Shown here: in pieces, positions 1 to 11,929 of the stretch
How positions within the stretch are numbered: position 1 is the first letter of the stretch
Layout of the letters: each line of letters starts with the position of its first letter
Assembly (NCBI GenBank): GCA_965644265.1
Contig: OZ286468.1
Coordinates: 41,230,001-41,294,000 of the forward strand
Reading direction: 5' to 3'
Length of the DNA: 64,000 nt
Origin: Glycera tridactyla
Lineage: Eukaryota
Position numbers and translations under genes: made by a program
The notes under the pieces: generated by a model
Databases searched by the model: none
What the model saw: the letters and a program-made list of their open reading frames with translations, nothing else
Told to the model about the DNA's origin: nothing

Positions 1-505
1 GATCTATGTCAGGCTTCTACCAATTGGTTCAGTGGAATGGTCTCAAGTGTAGGTGGCTGATAGTTTGCCTGTAGCAGATATTGTCACTGCAAAACGCGGG
101 AACCAGGCACACCAGTTCTGGGTTACTAGGGCTGCGACTAGGTTTACTGGGTTGTGTGATGACAGTGTACTGCAAGCATGGGGAACCCGTTATAACAAAA
201 CTGGTTTGAAGCTGGTTTCAATCACTGCACTTTGCGAAAAAAGCATAGCTATCAGACTCGGGTGTTAGCTCCAGCCAGTTAGATTGTTAGATATACCTTC
301 ATTAGGTTCAATATTTCCTTTTCGTGCACCAGTACTTAGAGGTGTGTCTGGACCGTCAGCAACTTCCACTTGACAACCTTTCAGGTTCCCCAACGTCCTG
401 TGTTCAAGGTTTATTAGAGTGGTGTCTGCAGGGGAGAGAACATCTAGCTTTCATTGACCAGGAACACACGGTATACATAATCCTGTGGGTTGATACATGC
501 CGTTG
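1..505 (-). pseudogene. Decayed ZU5-like coding relic, copy A (runs off window start)
   Basis: Manual minus-strand translation gives LCIPCVPGQ*KLDVLSPADTTLINLEHRTLGNLKGCQVEVADGPDTPL...EGISNNLTG, then (frameshift) LTPESDSYAF...VAALVTQNWCAWFPRFAVTISA. This aligns codon-wise with copies at 1560-2130, 6540-8365 and 33600-34860. Contains stops and frameshifts. A further fragment (PAGITLTNPE) lies at ~640-680. Confidence 0.45.
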
Positions 506-1559
506 AACCTCATCCAACTGAAAACAAAACCAATTGACAGTGTTCTTGTGTACAAGATGTGTCTGATGTCCGAAAAAAGACAGCATTCACTTTGAGAGAT
601 CAGGATCACCGAACATACAAGAATGTTTGCATTGACCATTCAGGGTTTGTGAGAGTGATGCCCGCAGGCGACTGATCATCCTACCCTCAACGACAGGACA
701 CACGTGTGATGCATGATTCTCTGAGTTGATGCAGGTCGTTGAACTTCGATAGAGACAATAATCTTTATGCAGACGATCATATTCACCCATCACTAGCCTT
801 GGGCTACTATACCAACTAGAACCGGTGATATAATTTCATTAGTTGGGGGCAGTTGTTTGTCTGCTTGCATGCTTGCTTGCTTTAGTTCATCGTCATTTAT
901 CCCTTCTTATATCAAATCAGACTGTGAATCTGAAAATTCCGAAGAAGGAAGCCATCGCTGACGAGGACAGTCTCTACTCTTCACGAAGAGCAGTGGTGGC
1001 TCTTTTCGTGCATATGGGAATAGACGCTCGTGCATTCGGCCAGCTTCCTGATATTTCAGTTGGTATGTACTGAATTCTCACTCATGTACGAATACAAGAG
1101 AACCCTATCCTCCTGTTTTGGCGTTCCTTAGGTGGAGACTGCATGAGTTGGTTGGACGCCTCTCTCATGATGCGCCCATATATTACACATGACCATCATA
1201 CCTATTCTTTTCAACAACTTACAGCTTTCAATCAATTGATCTGATCCTAACACCATGTGTCTTGGCCGGCATATTCGAGCCTCCACTGATTGTACAACGT
1301 ACATGTTTGAATCATTCTCAGATCACAATTACGTGTACCAATTCGCATCTGGTTGAAGTGAAGTGGAGTGGTGTTGTTATGAGATTCTACTCAAAGAGCG
1401 CCGTACAGTGGCGTTGTTGCCTGTGGCGTGCGAATCATAATGATCTGTATCTCATCTGCACAGTAAACATGCTCACAATTGCGCAACAACGCATGGGAGT
1501 AGAGGACGGATGTGGCTCTGGCTAACATGCTTCTGAAGTAAAGTTGCCACAAACTCTCA

Positions 1560-2130
1560 CCATTGTATGATGTTGAATGTAGCCATGCTTGTGATTCGAC
1601 ATACGGGTACTAATAGAAAAGTTATGTTCTGTCTCAACCATTTTTCTGACTCGACCCTGGTCGGTCTCACATCGACCCTAGGCGACTTCTGGTGGATAAA
1701 TCTGGCCAGGTCGACCCAAGATGCCGGGAATGACCTCAGCTGCCTAGAGACGACCTTCGTCACAGCCAGACCTGGTTATTTGTATCATCGTTATTCGTCA
1801 TTCCAACAACGATAACATTGGGTGAATATTCTCGGAACCAAATACTTTTCCATGTTTCAAGTTCTGCACTTCGTCGAGGGAAGCATCGCTATCAGGTTTG
1901 AGTGTCAGCTTACAGCCAGTTACATGGTGAAACATGCTATTATAATATTCAATATGCAAATGGGATATTGGTAGAGGTGTGTCCATACTATCAGCTATTT
2001 CCACTTGACAACCAGGTTCCCTATCATCTTCCGTTGTGTTCGTGTTGTCGATGTTTTTTATCTTCTGAGAACGGACATCTTGCTTTCGTTGACCAGGAAT
2101 ACATGGCATACATACACGTCTTGCTTTATA
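1560..2130 (-). pseudogene. ZU5-like coding relic, copy B (best-preserved N-terminal part)
   Basis: ORF 1798-2109 reads MPCIPGQRKQDV...GCQVEIADSMDTPL...FHHVTGCKLTLKPDSDASL. It is homologous to the other copies and keeps CGA (Arg) where A, C and E have TGA. Confidence 0.5.
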
Positions 2131-2150
2131 TCATTATGTGCTCTCGATCA

Positions 2151-2181
2151 CAAACAAACAAACAAACAAACAAACAAACAA
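2151..2181. repeat. (CAAA)n microsatellite
   Basis: caaacaaacaaac... seen directly. Confidence 0.95.
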
Positions 2182-3849
2182 TCACCGTCACCATTTCCAT
2201 CATGATAACTCTAAACATGATTCTCAAGATCTATATAGGAGGCACCACCAGTCATGTCGTTAATGCCAATGTGCTGATTTCAGATTCATATCCGTGAGAT
2301 GTTCTGATATTGTATGTTTGAACAATATAATCATCACTTATCCTCTATGAAAAGTTGTATGGATGGATGAAAAAAATGAGACTTTCGATTCGAAATATAT
2401 CGCGATGCCATCAACATGGCTATGGTTGTAATGGCGAGCATCGTATCCACACATTTCAACTCATTACTCCATTTATGTCACTAGCACCATGTCTTATATA
2501 TCACATAGTTATTCTGCCCTCAATTTTGCGGATTGACTTCAGACAGACCCTAAAACACACGTACCTTTTTATCCTCTTTTCTCTCGGTGATGTCTAGCGT
2601 CAAATTGACAGAAAACATGCCTTTTTTAATGTGATCTGAGAAATCCATTTCCCAGAACTGTTCGGGATATACATCGTCGTTTTCCCAATTGATGTACGAC
2701 TAATCAATCTCATTTATTCGGTCAACACCATTCGACGTCACCTTCCACCTCTCACCTCCTCCTCGGCCTCCGCACCATCATAAGACTAGTGCGAGGGCAT
2801 ACGAGTTCAGTCTACCTCAGATATAGTTCACCTAAATGCGAACTCTAACGATCTAACAAACCGACAAATCAGAGAAAATATGTCATATCAAACAGAAACA
2901 CCCTCTAAAGGAGTCGATTTTGGTTTTTAATAACCTCTGAGGAAGGTAGGCTTGCGAATTCTTGAGTCAGCTATCATTAGAATTGATTTTCGGAATAATT
3001 CCTAATGTGCGGTGTTTTGCGGCATTGTACGCGTTTTATGTGATGGGGAAGCGGTAGGTTGTGCCGGTTGTTGCTGGTAGCTGCGGCCTGTGAGAGGCGG
3101 TGAATGCAGATCGTCACACACAGCTGTAAGCTGTCAATGGATGCTGATTGCACGTGGATATATACGGCAGTCATCACAACCCTCTACACTGATGCTAACC
3201 GCTTGTAAAGTTCTCCCCTTGAACACACACTACAGGTGTATCTATCAGAGCTGATATACCTACCACTTACTTCATATATGGAACGTCGCTTACCAATCGC
3301 GAAGGTGTGTTAGCCGTTGCTTAACACGCTCTTGGATTCCGTTGAAACAGACTTTCGCACCTGAGCCACATAACTGGATTACCTATTGTTTTGATGTAAT
3401 TCTATCTGTCATCAATTGCAGCTGTCACCAATTGCATCTGTCATCAATTACATCTGTCACCGATTACATTTTCACTGGAGTACTTATCAATTCACTGTAG
3501 TGAGTGGTGGATATTTTGAAAATAATGCAAAGGGATTAGCATTGTAAATCGCAAGTCGTTTATTGATAGTTACCTACATCTCAGATCGCATTGATAATCG
3601 CTCCTGATCCTGAAAATGCACCTCATCTCTGATTACATTCATGTAGTTCATATTACCCAGTCATGGAAATAAGCATTCGCAGGCACTAATGCATTGTATT
3701 CATACTGAATATAACTTTTTATTTTGTCGGTTATGCGGTGACCACTACGTGTGTTGATGTATCTATGTGGACCCGTGTGCACGTTATCGGTTTGAATGTG
3801 GATTGTTTGAGTATTTCAATTCCTGCTAACGCCCCGCACTTTTCTTATG

Positions 3850-4140
3850 TTCTTCCTCTCTATATATATCAACCCCCATCTGTCTCTGGCTCTCACTAAC
3901 CCATCACTTCTGTCTCTCTCCATCTCTCCCTACTCGCCATCTCCGTCTCTTCTTGTTGCCTCGGATATATCTGCATTGGTGGAAGATACGCTAAGCCCCT
4001 CTCAATCAATCAATCAATCAATATTTTATTGTTCCCCCTCCCCCTCTATCACTCTCTTTTACTCCTCAACTCGTTCTATCTTTTTTTTCTCTTTACCTCT
4101 CCCCCGTCCGTACCCCTCTAACCTCTTTCTCTTCTCTTAG
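3850..4140. repeat. CT-rich low-complexity tract
   Basis: Pyrimidine-rich ctct/cccc sequence; explains ORF 3847-4140. Confidence 0.85.
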
Positions 4141-4384
4141 AATAAATCAGAAGATCGGAGTAACCATCTATACTCGGTATTTGTTAAACGTAAATCATAT
4201 TCTAACGAGAACTTCATTCCACGCACTCACCTTCTATAACTATACCACCGGAGTCACAGAAGCGTCATGCCAGCAATTACGAAATCAGGCATTCGAGGTA
4301 ATTGACGATGCCGAAGTTACGTGGCCTGATATCATCACATACAAATCACCTCTATGTGTCCTCTCTCTCCATTCACTTGCTCAG

Positions 4385-4790
4385 CGATCTATGCATTCAC
4401 TCATTCGATCATTTATCCGTTTAGTTATGTGTGATCATTTCAATTCATCCATCCTTTTATCCATTCATTCTTTTCCATCCAATCCATCCATTCATTTATC
4501 CATTCATTCATCTACCTACATTCATCAATCTCTGTATGAATTTCTGGTTAGGTCATTCATACATCCATTTATCCGTTCGTCCGTTCGTTTGTTCGTCTGT
4601 TCGTTCAATCGTCCGTTTGTTCGTTTGTTCGTTCGTTCGTTCGTTCGTTCGTTCGTTCGTCCGTCCATCCATCCATCCATACATCCATTCATCTGTTCAT
4701 TCATTCATTCATTCATTCATTCGTTAGTACATTCGTACCTGCACTTGCGTATTCGCTCCTCTGTTTCTTCATTTATTCATCTACCGATCC
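4385..4790. repeat. Compound tetranucleotide microsatellite (TTCA/TCCA/TTCG)n
   Basis: Runs of ttca, tcca, ttcg and tccg seen directly; explain the low-complexity parts of ORFs 4181-4858 and 4431-4727. Confidence 0.9.
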
Positions 4791-4829
4791 TTCCCAACGT
4801 TCACTATCCATCTATTCCCACCGACATTC

Positions 4830-5400
4830 AGAGAAGTACATCTTTTGCCCCGGTGTGAAGGGCACTCATCCGGCAATCTGTGATAATTCGGGTTAGGATA
4901 CAGCTGGTAGTTGGGTTGGTCGAGTGTCTAAATGAGGTTAGGCTACTCATTTGTGCACACTTCGATAGGTCAGTCAGCCGGTCTCCGACCAATAGTACAG
5001 AAAACCAATTAAGCGGCAAATAATCCATCTTCATCCGTCTATTTTGATGCCATTTTCACTGCAGATTGGGTCTGAGACCAACCAATTATCCACTTCTCCA
5101 GGCTGTACCCAGTGCAAGCTGATTGGGATATCAAGGACCGTTCGTGTGTATGGGAGTCCATTCTCCCTTGAAATGGACATTTTCCGATTTTATTCTGATA
5201 TGGCCCAAAAAAGTTGAAAGGAAGTCAAAGCAAAGAAACAAACAAATCACTCGCTTGCGGTTGTGGAGAGAGTACGAGAGTAGGTGCGAATGGGGGTTCA
5301 ATTACCAGTATAGCCGAAGCTTTCAACGCTTTCAAGTCAACTTCACAATCATATCAACCAGGTCCTAATCAAGCTTGTTCAATTCTGAATAGGCTGTATC
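4830..5400 (-). pseudogene. Decayed LRR-like (RI/NLR-type?) coding relic
   Basis: ORF 4828-5034 reads YLPLNWFSVLLVGDRLTDLSKCAQMSSLTSFRHS. It aligns with NPPLSSFSISLIGEQAPALSNHAPMSSL at ~10930-11020 with conserved P-L-x-x-F-S-x-x-L-x-G...L-S-x-x-A-x-M-S-S-L. The LRR assignment is inference. Confidence 0.3.
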
Positions 5401-6539
5401 GAAATCTGTTACGAGCGAGTATGATAGATATTTTCACATGATATCCGGCATGCCCACGGCAAGCAGGGGTGTTCAAGAATAACCATATATTCACACCCAT
5501 GAGGCTGTGTTCTGCAAATCGTTTTATTGATCACAAGATGGTGGTGAAAGACTGGTCCCTGATACCCTTCCACATTCGTCCTAGTGTTTGAATTTTCTCG
5601 GTAGATAAGATCCATGGGCACTACCTTATGGAAGAAATAGCCACGTAGTGTAGTTACTTTCTCCATGACATCCTGACCACCTCGCGCCTTCTCAAGCTAT
5701 AAAAGGCTATAATCTGAGCTCCATGACTAATTACACGATTGTTTACTAATCACTCTTCATTCATATCCTCCATATTAATGATATATTCCCCACAATGGAG
5801 ACAAATCTACTCGGTATTCCGAACATTTTGTATGTATGAAGGCATCGGTGCATTTCATGTCCGATAGGCGTCTGATGTTGCTGGGAGATTAAACTAATCA
5901 TGAGAGGCTAGATTACATAAGCCTCTTTTGATCAGATCATCGATCTGCTACTGCAGTCAATTGACTCCGAAAGTTGGCGGATGTTTTTCATGATCTTTCT
6001 CCGCAATTGCTAGATATATATCAGTTCAAATGAAATGGGTATTTTCTATAGAGCTTCAGGCAATTATCGGACAAGGGTTGAGTCAGACATTATGCTTGCT
6101 TTTGATGTGGATCCGCTTTCCATTCATCGCATTCATTCGTCACAACTGCAATCATCATTTCGAATTGATGGTGATACAGCCGCCGCACTCGATGTGAAAA
6201 CAGCATGGAATCGACATACTCGACGGGCTGATGTGAAACATACAGTCAGACATCCTCCTCGACCGCATATCTAGTCGCCGAAAATGTAGACAAAGTTTGT
6301 CACTGTCATACATCGATCAGATGCGAATTTGCGATGCTAGGGCGAAAAAACCCATCCGCCACTCGGAGGGCTCCAACAACTAATAATGAGACGAACACAA
6401 TCATTCTGAATTCCACGTTGATCACTCACATAATTGCAAAAAGCTTTCAACAATAAGGAAAGCTAATTTCCTGCTTCAACAAGAGCCATAAATTCGCAAT
6501 GTCTGTGTAACACCGATGAACTAATCAGCTGGATCTGCC

Positions 6540-8365
6540 TCTCACTAACAGGTATAAGCAAAATGTTTCATAGAAAGAACACAGGCAAGAAGTATTGCCT
6601 ATTGGAATCTTGCTCAGTTTTTACAAATGAGTGTCTTTGTACTCTGTTGTCCGAAAGTTTCCGCAAGGTGGGCCTGAGTTGTGGCTGTGCAATTCCAAAT
6701 GTGCAAGGTTCATTTTCGCTAAAGCATTGCGAATTTCCATCACATTGAGATGAATGAATGCACAAAAAGTCGGACAATGATGCTGGTCATTTTACAATTC
6801 AAATGCGATGGGTACGAATTTTAATATGTCCGAAAGCATTCAGACTTAGATTAGGTCCGGGATTTACGACCCAGTCGTGCCTTCCAGACAGAAAAAGAGT
6901 GAACAACGACAACTCGCATGTCTGAAAATTCACCATCACATCTAAATTTCCCGATCCTGAACCAGCAACCTTTGAGCAGCTAATCGAAGAGAAAATTGTG
7001 ATCTCCTGCATGATTGAGAGGCATAATTTCATCCGTTTCTCATGGAAGAGCAACAGCTCCTCAACGCATTCTGTATTTTACTGGTGATTATGCAATGTGG
7101 ATCATGCAATGAGCACAGATGTAAGAGATGGCTCATCCGGATGCTGTCTGGTTTCGACAGATAGGTGTCTGTTTGTCCGTTTGGCTGTTTTGACCGATCT
7201 CAGTCCAGTACCACTGTCAGAGCCTGAAGATTCAATTCGTCCCAGTGCTGCTGTTGGCTATTTATGAGTGATTGGTCTATTCTCGGTGAGGCGCGACCCT
7301 CTGCCTCTGATTGAATTTATTGAATGTGATTGCATATGCGTGTTTGCTGAAGAGGTGTATCAGTGGTGTATCATTGGGGCTGTTTTTTGTAGTCACTTAT
7401 TATAGCGCCACTGCTAACATCAAACCATTGTTTTCAGATCCTAGATAGGCGCTCACACCATCACCTAGCCCTGGTGGTGTGTAGCACATGCCTGTTTCCG
7501 TGTTCTGCGCTAAACACAAGGGGAGGGGGTCAGACCATTGGCAAAGTCCGTGCCTATCGGTGTGATGTATGGCTCACCCAGACCAATACTGCATCCTCAC
7601 AGCCCTGATCTCAGCTAGCTGCATGTGTCCCAATTATCTGTTGCACAGATCTTCCCTGAAGGTAGGGAGGTCTTTTATTCGATGGAGAGTGTAGTCTAAG
7701 ATGGAGAGACTGGTCAAGCTGTTTCTGGCCCATCGAATGTACTGAATTATTCATTACCCTTCCGATTGATCACCATTCTGTCAGCACCTTGTCAGACATG
7801 TAAAGACAGTGAATAGACATACGCATCAAGTATTCATGGACACCTGCACCCACCGTCTTTCATGTTGTGATTTGATGAATGATGTATTCTGCTGGATTGC
7901 CGTCAAACCTTTCTACAATTACTTTTTATGATCGCATGAGAGAGTGATGCTGATATTGCAACATTCTGAATACATCAGGCGAAGTGACAAGTAATCACAC
8001 AGGTCACAGCAACAATAGAGCTGGCTTGAAGTTGACAGTCTGTCATTGATCACATCGGTCGGGTAGGCTAATCTCCAAATCTAATGCTCTGTACTGTTTC
8101 AAGTGATGCATTTTGGATTGAAAAGAAAGCATTGCTATCATACTCGAGTGTCAGTTACACAGTTAGATGTGTGATTATAAAATTCAGTTTGCTCATGCTG
8201 AGTAGGTCAAGGTGTGTTAGAGCTGTCAGCTACTTCCAGTTGACAACCTCCCAGATTTCTCATCTTTTTTAGTTCAGAATTTGTGTAAGAAATGCCTGCA
8301 GTGGACAAAACATCTAGCTTTCATTGTCAAGGGATGACAAGACATGAATAATTCCTCGGATCGAA
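6540..8365 (-). pseudogene. Decayed ZU5-UPA-death-domain-like gene, copy C
   Basis: Reads KLDVLSTAGISYTNSELKKMRNLGGCQLEVADSSNTP...KLTLEYDSNAF...VTCVITCHFA*C (ZU5 end, HFx motif at 7975-7986) and later LSGRHDW...LSLNAFGHIKI and LNVMEIRNALAKMNLAHL (death-domain-like). Many stops and frameshifts; tandem paralog of 8440-9760. Confidence 0.5.
7170..7624 (-). mobile_element. Retroposon-like (SINE/LINE 3' fragment) insertion with 5-bp TSD GTGTC
   Basis: Present in copy C, absent from paralog D (gataggtgtc|ccgattatctg). GTGTC occurs at 7165-7169 and 7625-7629. The minus-strand end is a caaa-rich tail. Confidence 0.6.
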
Positions 8366-8439
8366 CATCAACCAGGCAATCAATCAATCAATTGGTCGAT
8401 CAATCAATCGCACCTACAGTGCTTTCTATCCACTGTTAA

Positions 8440-9760
8440 GCTGAATCCGTCTCTCGCTAACAGATATGATCAATATGTTTCTTTGAAAGGACACAGGCAT
8501 GAAATCTTGCCCATTGGAACATTGCGTGGTTTGCACAAATGAGTATCTTTATACTCTGTTGTCCAGAACTTTCTGCAAGATGGGCCTGATTTGTGGCTGG
8601 GAGAATCCAAATATGCAAGGTACATTTGTACCAAAGCATTGTGAAATTCCATCGAAATAAGATGAAAGACACTGATCGACCTTGATAATATCTACTTTAA
8701 CTAGAATCGTGATCAAATTGAAGCCCACTTGTGCAGTCGATCCAAGCGCCTCGTCTATGTCAATTTCATTCAATTTTCACAGCGGGTGTTGTGGTTGTAT
8801 CTCCATCGCTTCACGCACGAAACATCTGCCAATGATGCTGGTCGTCTTACAATTTTAATATGATAAATTTGAATGTCTCCGGAAGCATTCAGACTCGAAT
8901 TGAGGATACACGATTCAATCGTGCCTTTCAGACACAAAAAGGATTAGCAACCAGCACTTATGTGTCTGAAATTTTATCAACATATCTAAATTTCCCGATT
9001 CTGAACCATCAAAACATGAACAACTCATCAAGAAGGGAAAATTTGATTTCCTGCATGATCGAGTGGCATAACCTCATCTGTTTCTCTTGAGGGAGCAACA
9101 GCTGCTGAGCGCAATCTGTATTTAACAAGTGATTATGCAATGTGGATCATGCCATGGGACAGGTGTGAGAGATTGCTCATTCAGATGCTGTCTGATTCTG
9201 ATAGATAGGTGTCCCGATTATCTGTTACACAAATCCTTCCCGAAGGTAGGCTATCTCATATACGGAGGTCTTTTATTTGATGAGAGGAGTAGTCTAAGAT
9301 GGGGAGACTGGTCAAGCTGTTTCTGGCCTGTCAAATCGACTGAATTTTTCATTACCCTCTCGATTGATCAGCATACTGTCAGCTCCTTGTCAGACATGTA
9401 AAGACAGTGAATAGACATGCACATCAAGTATTCATGCACACCTGCACTCACCGTCTTTCATGTTGGGATTGGCTGGATCATATTTTCTGCTAGATTGCAC
9501 TCAAACTAACAATTACCTCTCATGATCGCATAAGAGAGTGATGCTGATATTGCGACATCCGGAATACATCAGGCAAAGTGACAAGTAACCACACAGGTCT
9601 CATATACAATAGAGCGGGCTTGAGGTTGACAGTCTGTGATTGATGACATTGGTCGATTATTTTTCAAATCTAAATCAGTGCCCCATTTTAAGAGATGCCC
9701 TTTGCTTGGAAGGGAGGTATTGCTATCACACTCTAGTGTCAGCTTCCAGATACTTGTGTC
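8440..9760 (-). pseudogene. Decayed ZU5-UPA-death-domain-like gene, copy D (tandem duplicate of C, 5'-truncated)
   Basis: Collinear DNA similarity with 6540-8230. Reads KLTLECDSN...TCVVTCHFA*C (9569-9580), SGNLDMLIKFQ and MEFHNALVQMYLAYL. Confidence 0.5.
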
Positions 9761-9887
9761 TTTAATGCAGTTTGCTATGTTGTGAAAGTTAGAAATTCAG
9801 TATTAGATGTATTTAGTTTTCGGCAGGATTACCTAACATAATGGAAGGATGATTTTGTATCAATGTATTGTCCTGATGAAAGAGTTC

Positions 9888-10281
9888 ATGGCAACCAGGC
9901 TATCTAATTTCAATGAAAAATCACTCATTTTGACCTGGCGCCGTGTCTCCTTCATATCAGCTACATATATATGATGATTCCTTTTCATAAAGGAGCATTA
10001 TTCATACAATATCGATGACGTATGTTTCTCATTTTCGCATTATTTCCGTCAGGGTTGGATTTCCAAGTCAAATAAAATCGGAAAATGCAGATTTTTGTGT
10101 ATATAATGTCAAATATCATCATGAGAAATACCTATCGCAAAAACATACATGTTTTGAAAGATCATGGTCAAGTCCCTCTACATTATCAAGAACAAATCAT
10201 CCATGTAAATATACACAAGACATGGCGCCAGGGACATATATGAAACATTGAGATGAAATTCATTGTCGCCATGGTTGCCAT
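9888..10281. mobile_element. Palindromic internal part of a non-autonomous DNA transposon
   Basis: Imperfect inverted arms: catggcaacc...gacctggcgccgtgtc (9888-9947) versus gacatggcgccaggg...ggttgccatg (10219-10281). Confidence 0.5.
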
Positions 10282-10475
10282 GGCAACCAAGGTTATGGTT
10301 TTGGCATCAGAATGCTACTCGAATTAATGGTCGAGTTTTTTCCTCAATCATCACTAACTTCAGTTAGGGGAAAGTTGTTATCATCTTGTTCAAGAAATCA
10401 ATATCTGAATAGGTGTTGGATACACAATCAAATGTACCAAAATCTGCATTAACGACATAAGTACATTGCTAGATA

Positions 10476-10817
10476 NNNNNNNNNNNNNNNNNNNNNNNNN
10501 NNNNNNNNNNNNNNNNNNNNNNNNNNNNNNNNNNNNNNNNNNNNNNNNNNNNNNNNNNNNNNNNNNNNNNNNNNNNNNNNNNNNNNNNNNNNNNNNNNNN
10601 NNNNNNNNNNNNNNNNNNNNNNNNNNNNNNNNNNNNNNNNNNNNNNNNNNNNNNNNNNNNNNNNNNNNNNNNNNNNNNNNNNNNNNNNNNNNNNNNNNNN
10701 NNNNNNNNNNNNNNNNNNNNNNNNNNNNNNNNNNNNNNNNNNNNNNNNNNNNNNNNNNNNNNNNNNNNNNNNNNNNNNNNNNNNNNNNNNNNNNNNNNNN
10801 NNNNNNNNNNNNNNNNN
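10476..10817. other. Assembly gap (N run)
   Basis: 342 N. Confidence 1.
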
Positions 10818-10819
10818 TC

Positions 10820-11300
10820 TCCCTCTTCACATGAATAGGTCAGTGTCTGGATAAGATGGCTCATGAAGGTATTCATCACAAGTCAGCTGGACCATCCTAA
10901 TCAGAAGGTATTTGCGCTCTATTAGATGTCTGATAACCGTCCCTATAGGCTACTCATTGGAGCATGATTAGATAAGGCAGGTGCCTGTTCACCGATCAAT
11001 GATATGGAAAACGAACTGAGAGGAGGATTAGCTATTGTTGATCAGTCATTTCTAGCCCCCTTTTCTTCACTAGATTTCCATCAAGGCGATTCAATTTGGG
11101 ACCAGTTAGTGACTGCTTCGCTATTCTTTTCAATATGTCGATCACTACGTTTAGTGTCATGTTATGAATTTAAAATGACAAAAGGATTCTATGGTGATTA
11201 TTGAGAACTTATCCGTTTATCCGAAGTTCATGATCTCATCCACCAGGTCCTAGTCTAGTAATAGTTTGCTTCATTATGCTGATGGTGCAGGGGAATGACA
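10820..11300 (-). pseudogene. Decayed LRR-like relic, paralog of 4830-5400
   Basis: Shares DNA blocks taggctactcatt and ccaggtccta with 4830-5400. Reads SLIGEQAPALSNHAPMSSL / TVIRHLIERKYLLIRMVQLTCDEYLH. A partial second copy at 11790-11905 shares cacaagtcagctggacca..ctaatcagaaggt and reads FIRHLIEHHHLLISLVQLTCGEYVH. Confidence 0.3.
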
Positions 11301-11929
11301 CCATACCCTCCATATTCAATTACTAGCAAACCTGAAAGGCCAATATGGTCTTCACAGACTGGATACTTCTGAACAACTCCTCAAAGGTATCTCAGGTATA
11401 GCTACATATTCATGTCTATGGGTTGTAGGCTGAATCAGCAATCCTATCACCGCTCTCCCTTCGATGGGTAATTTGCATTGTTGCATTGTATATACCAGGA
11501 ATATTCAAAGAGGATGAGGAGATTGTATTCACCGAGGTTTGGATTGCAGGATTTAGAGAGGTGGTGGACCCTACATCCTCGCCAAGACCCAAATCAGCTG
11601 GCACTGGCAGTAGTTGAAATGGGTGAGGAAATGCAGGGTCATAAATGGCATTGACATTTCAACAGTATTCTGAACTCAGGAATCTTCACGAGCTGTATTA
11701 TCACTGTCATCTCTCTAATTTATTTGTAATTTGGAGTATTGGTGTGGGGGCACATCTGGTTGTCGAGCCGGTAGAGTTTGTAGATTAGATTAGCCATGAA
11801 CATATTCACCACAAGTCAGCTGGACCAAGCTAATCAGAAGGTGATGATGCTCTATCAAATGCCTGATAAATGTCGCCATGGGCAACTCACTAGAGCATGA
11901 TTATGTCGTTCCCTGATTGGGAGACATAT

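Noticed and set aside
5690-5715. TATA-like CTATAAAAGG as a promoter
   Set aside because: No downstream exon or initiator evidence
6540-7100. NACHT NTPase reading (IFGFSQPQI, GSGSG)
   Set aside because: No Walker A GK[ST] or Walker B; a death-domain reading fits the upstream ZU5-UPA order better, though it is also unproven
10390-10879. Long ORFs across N runs (also 32989-33509)
   Set aside because: Artefacts of translating assembly gaps
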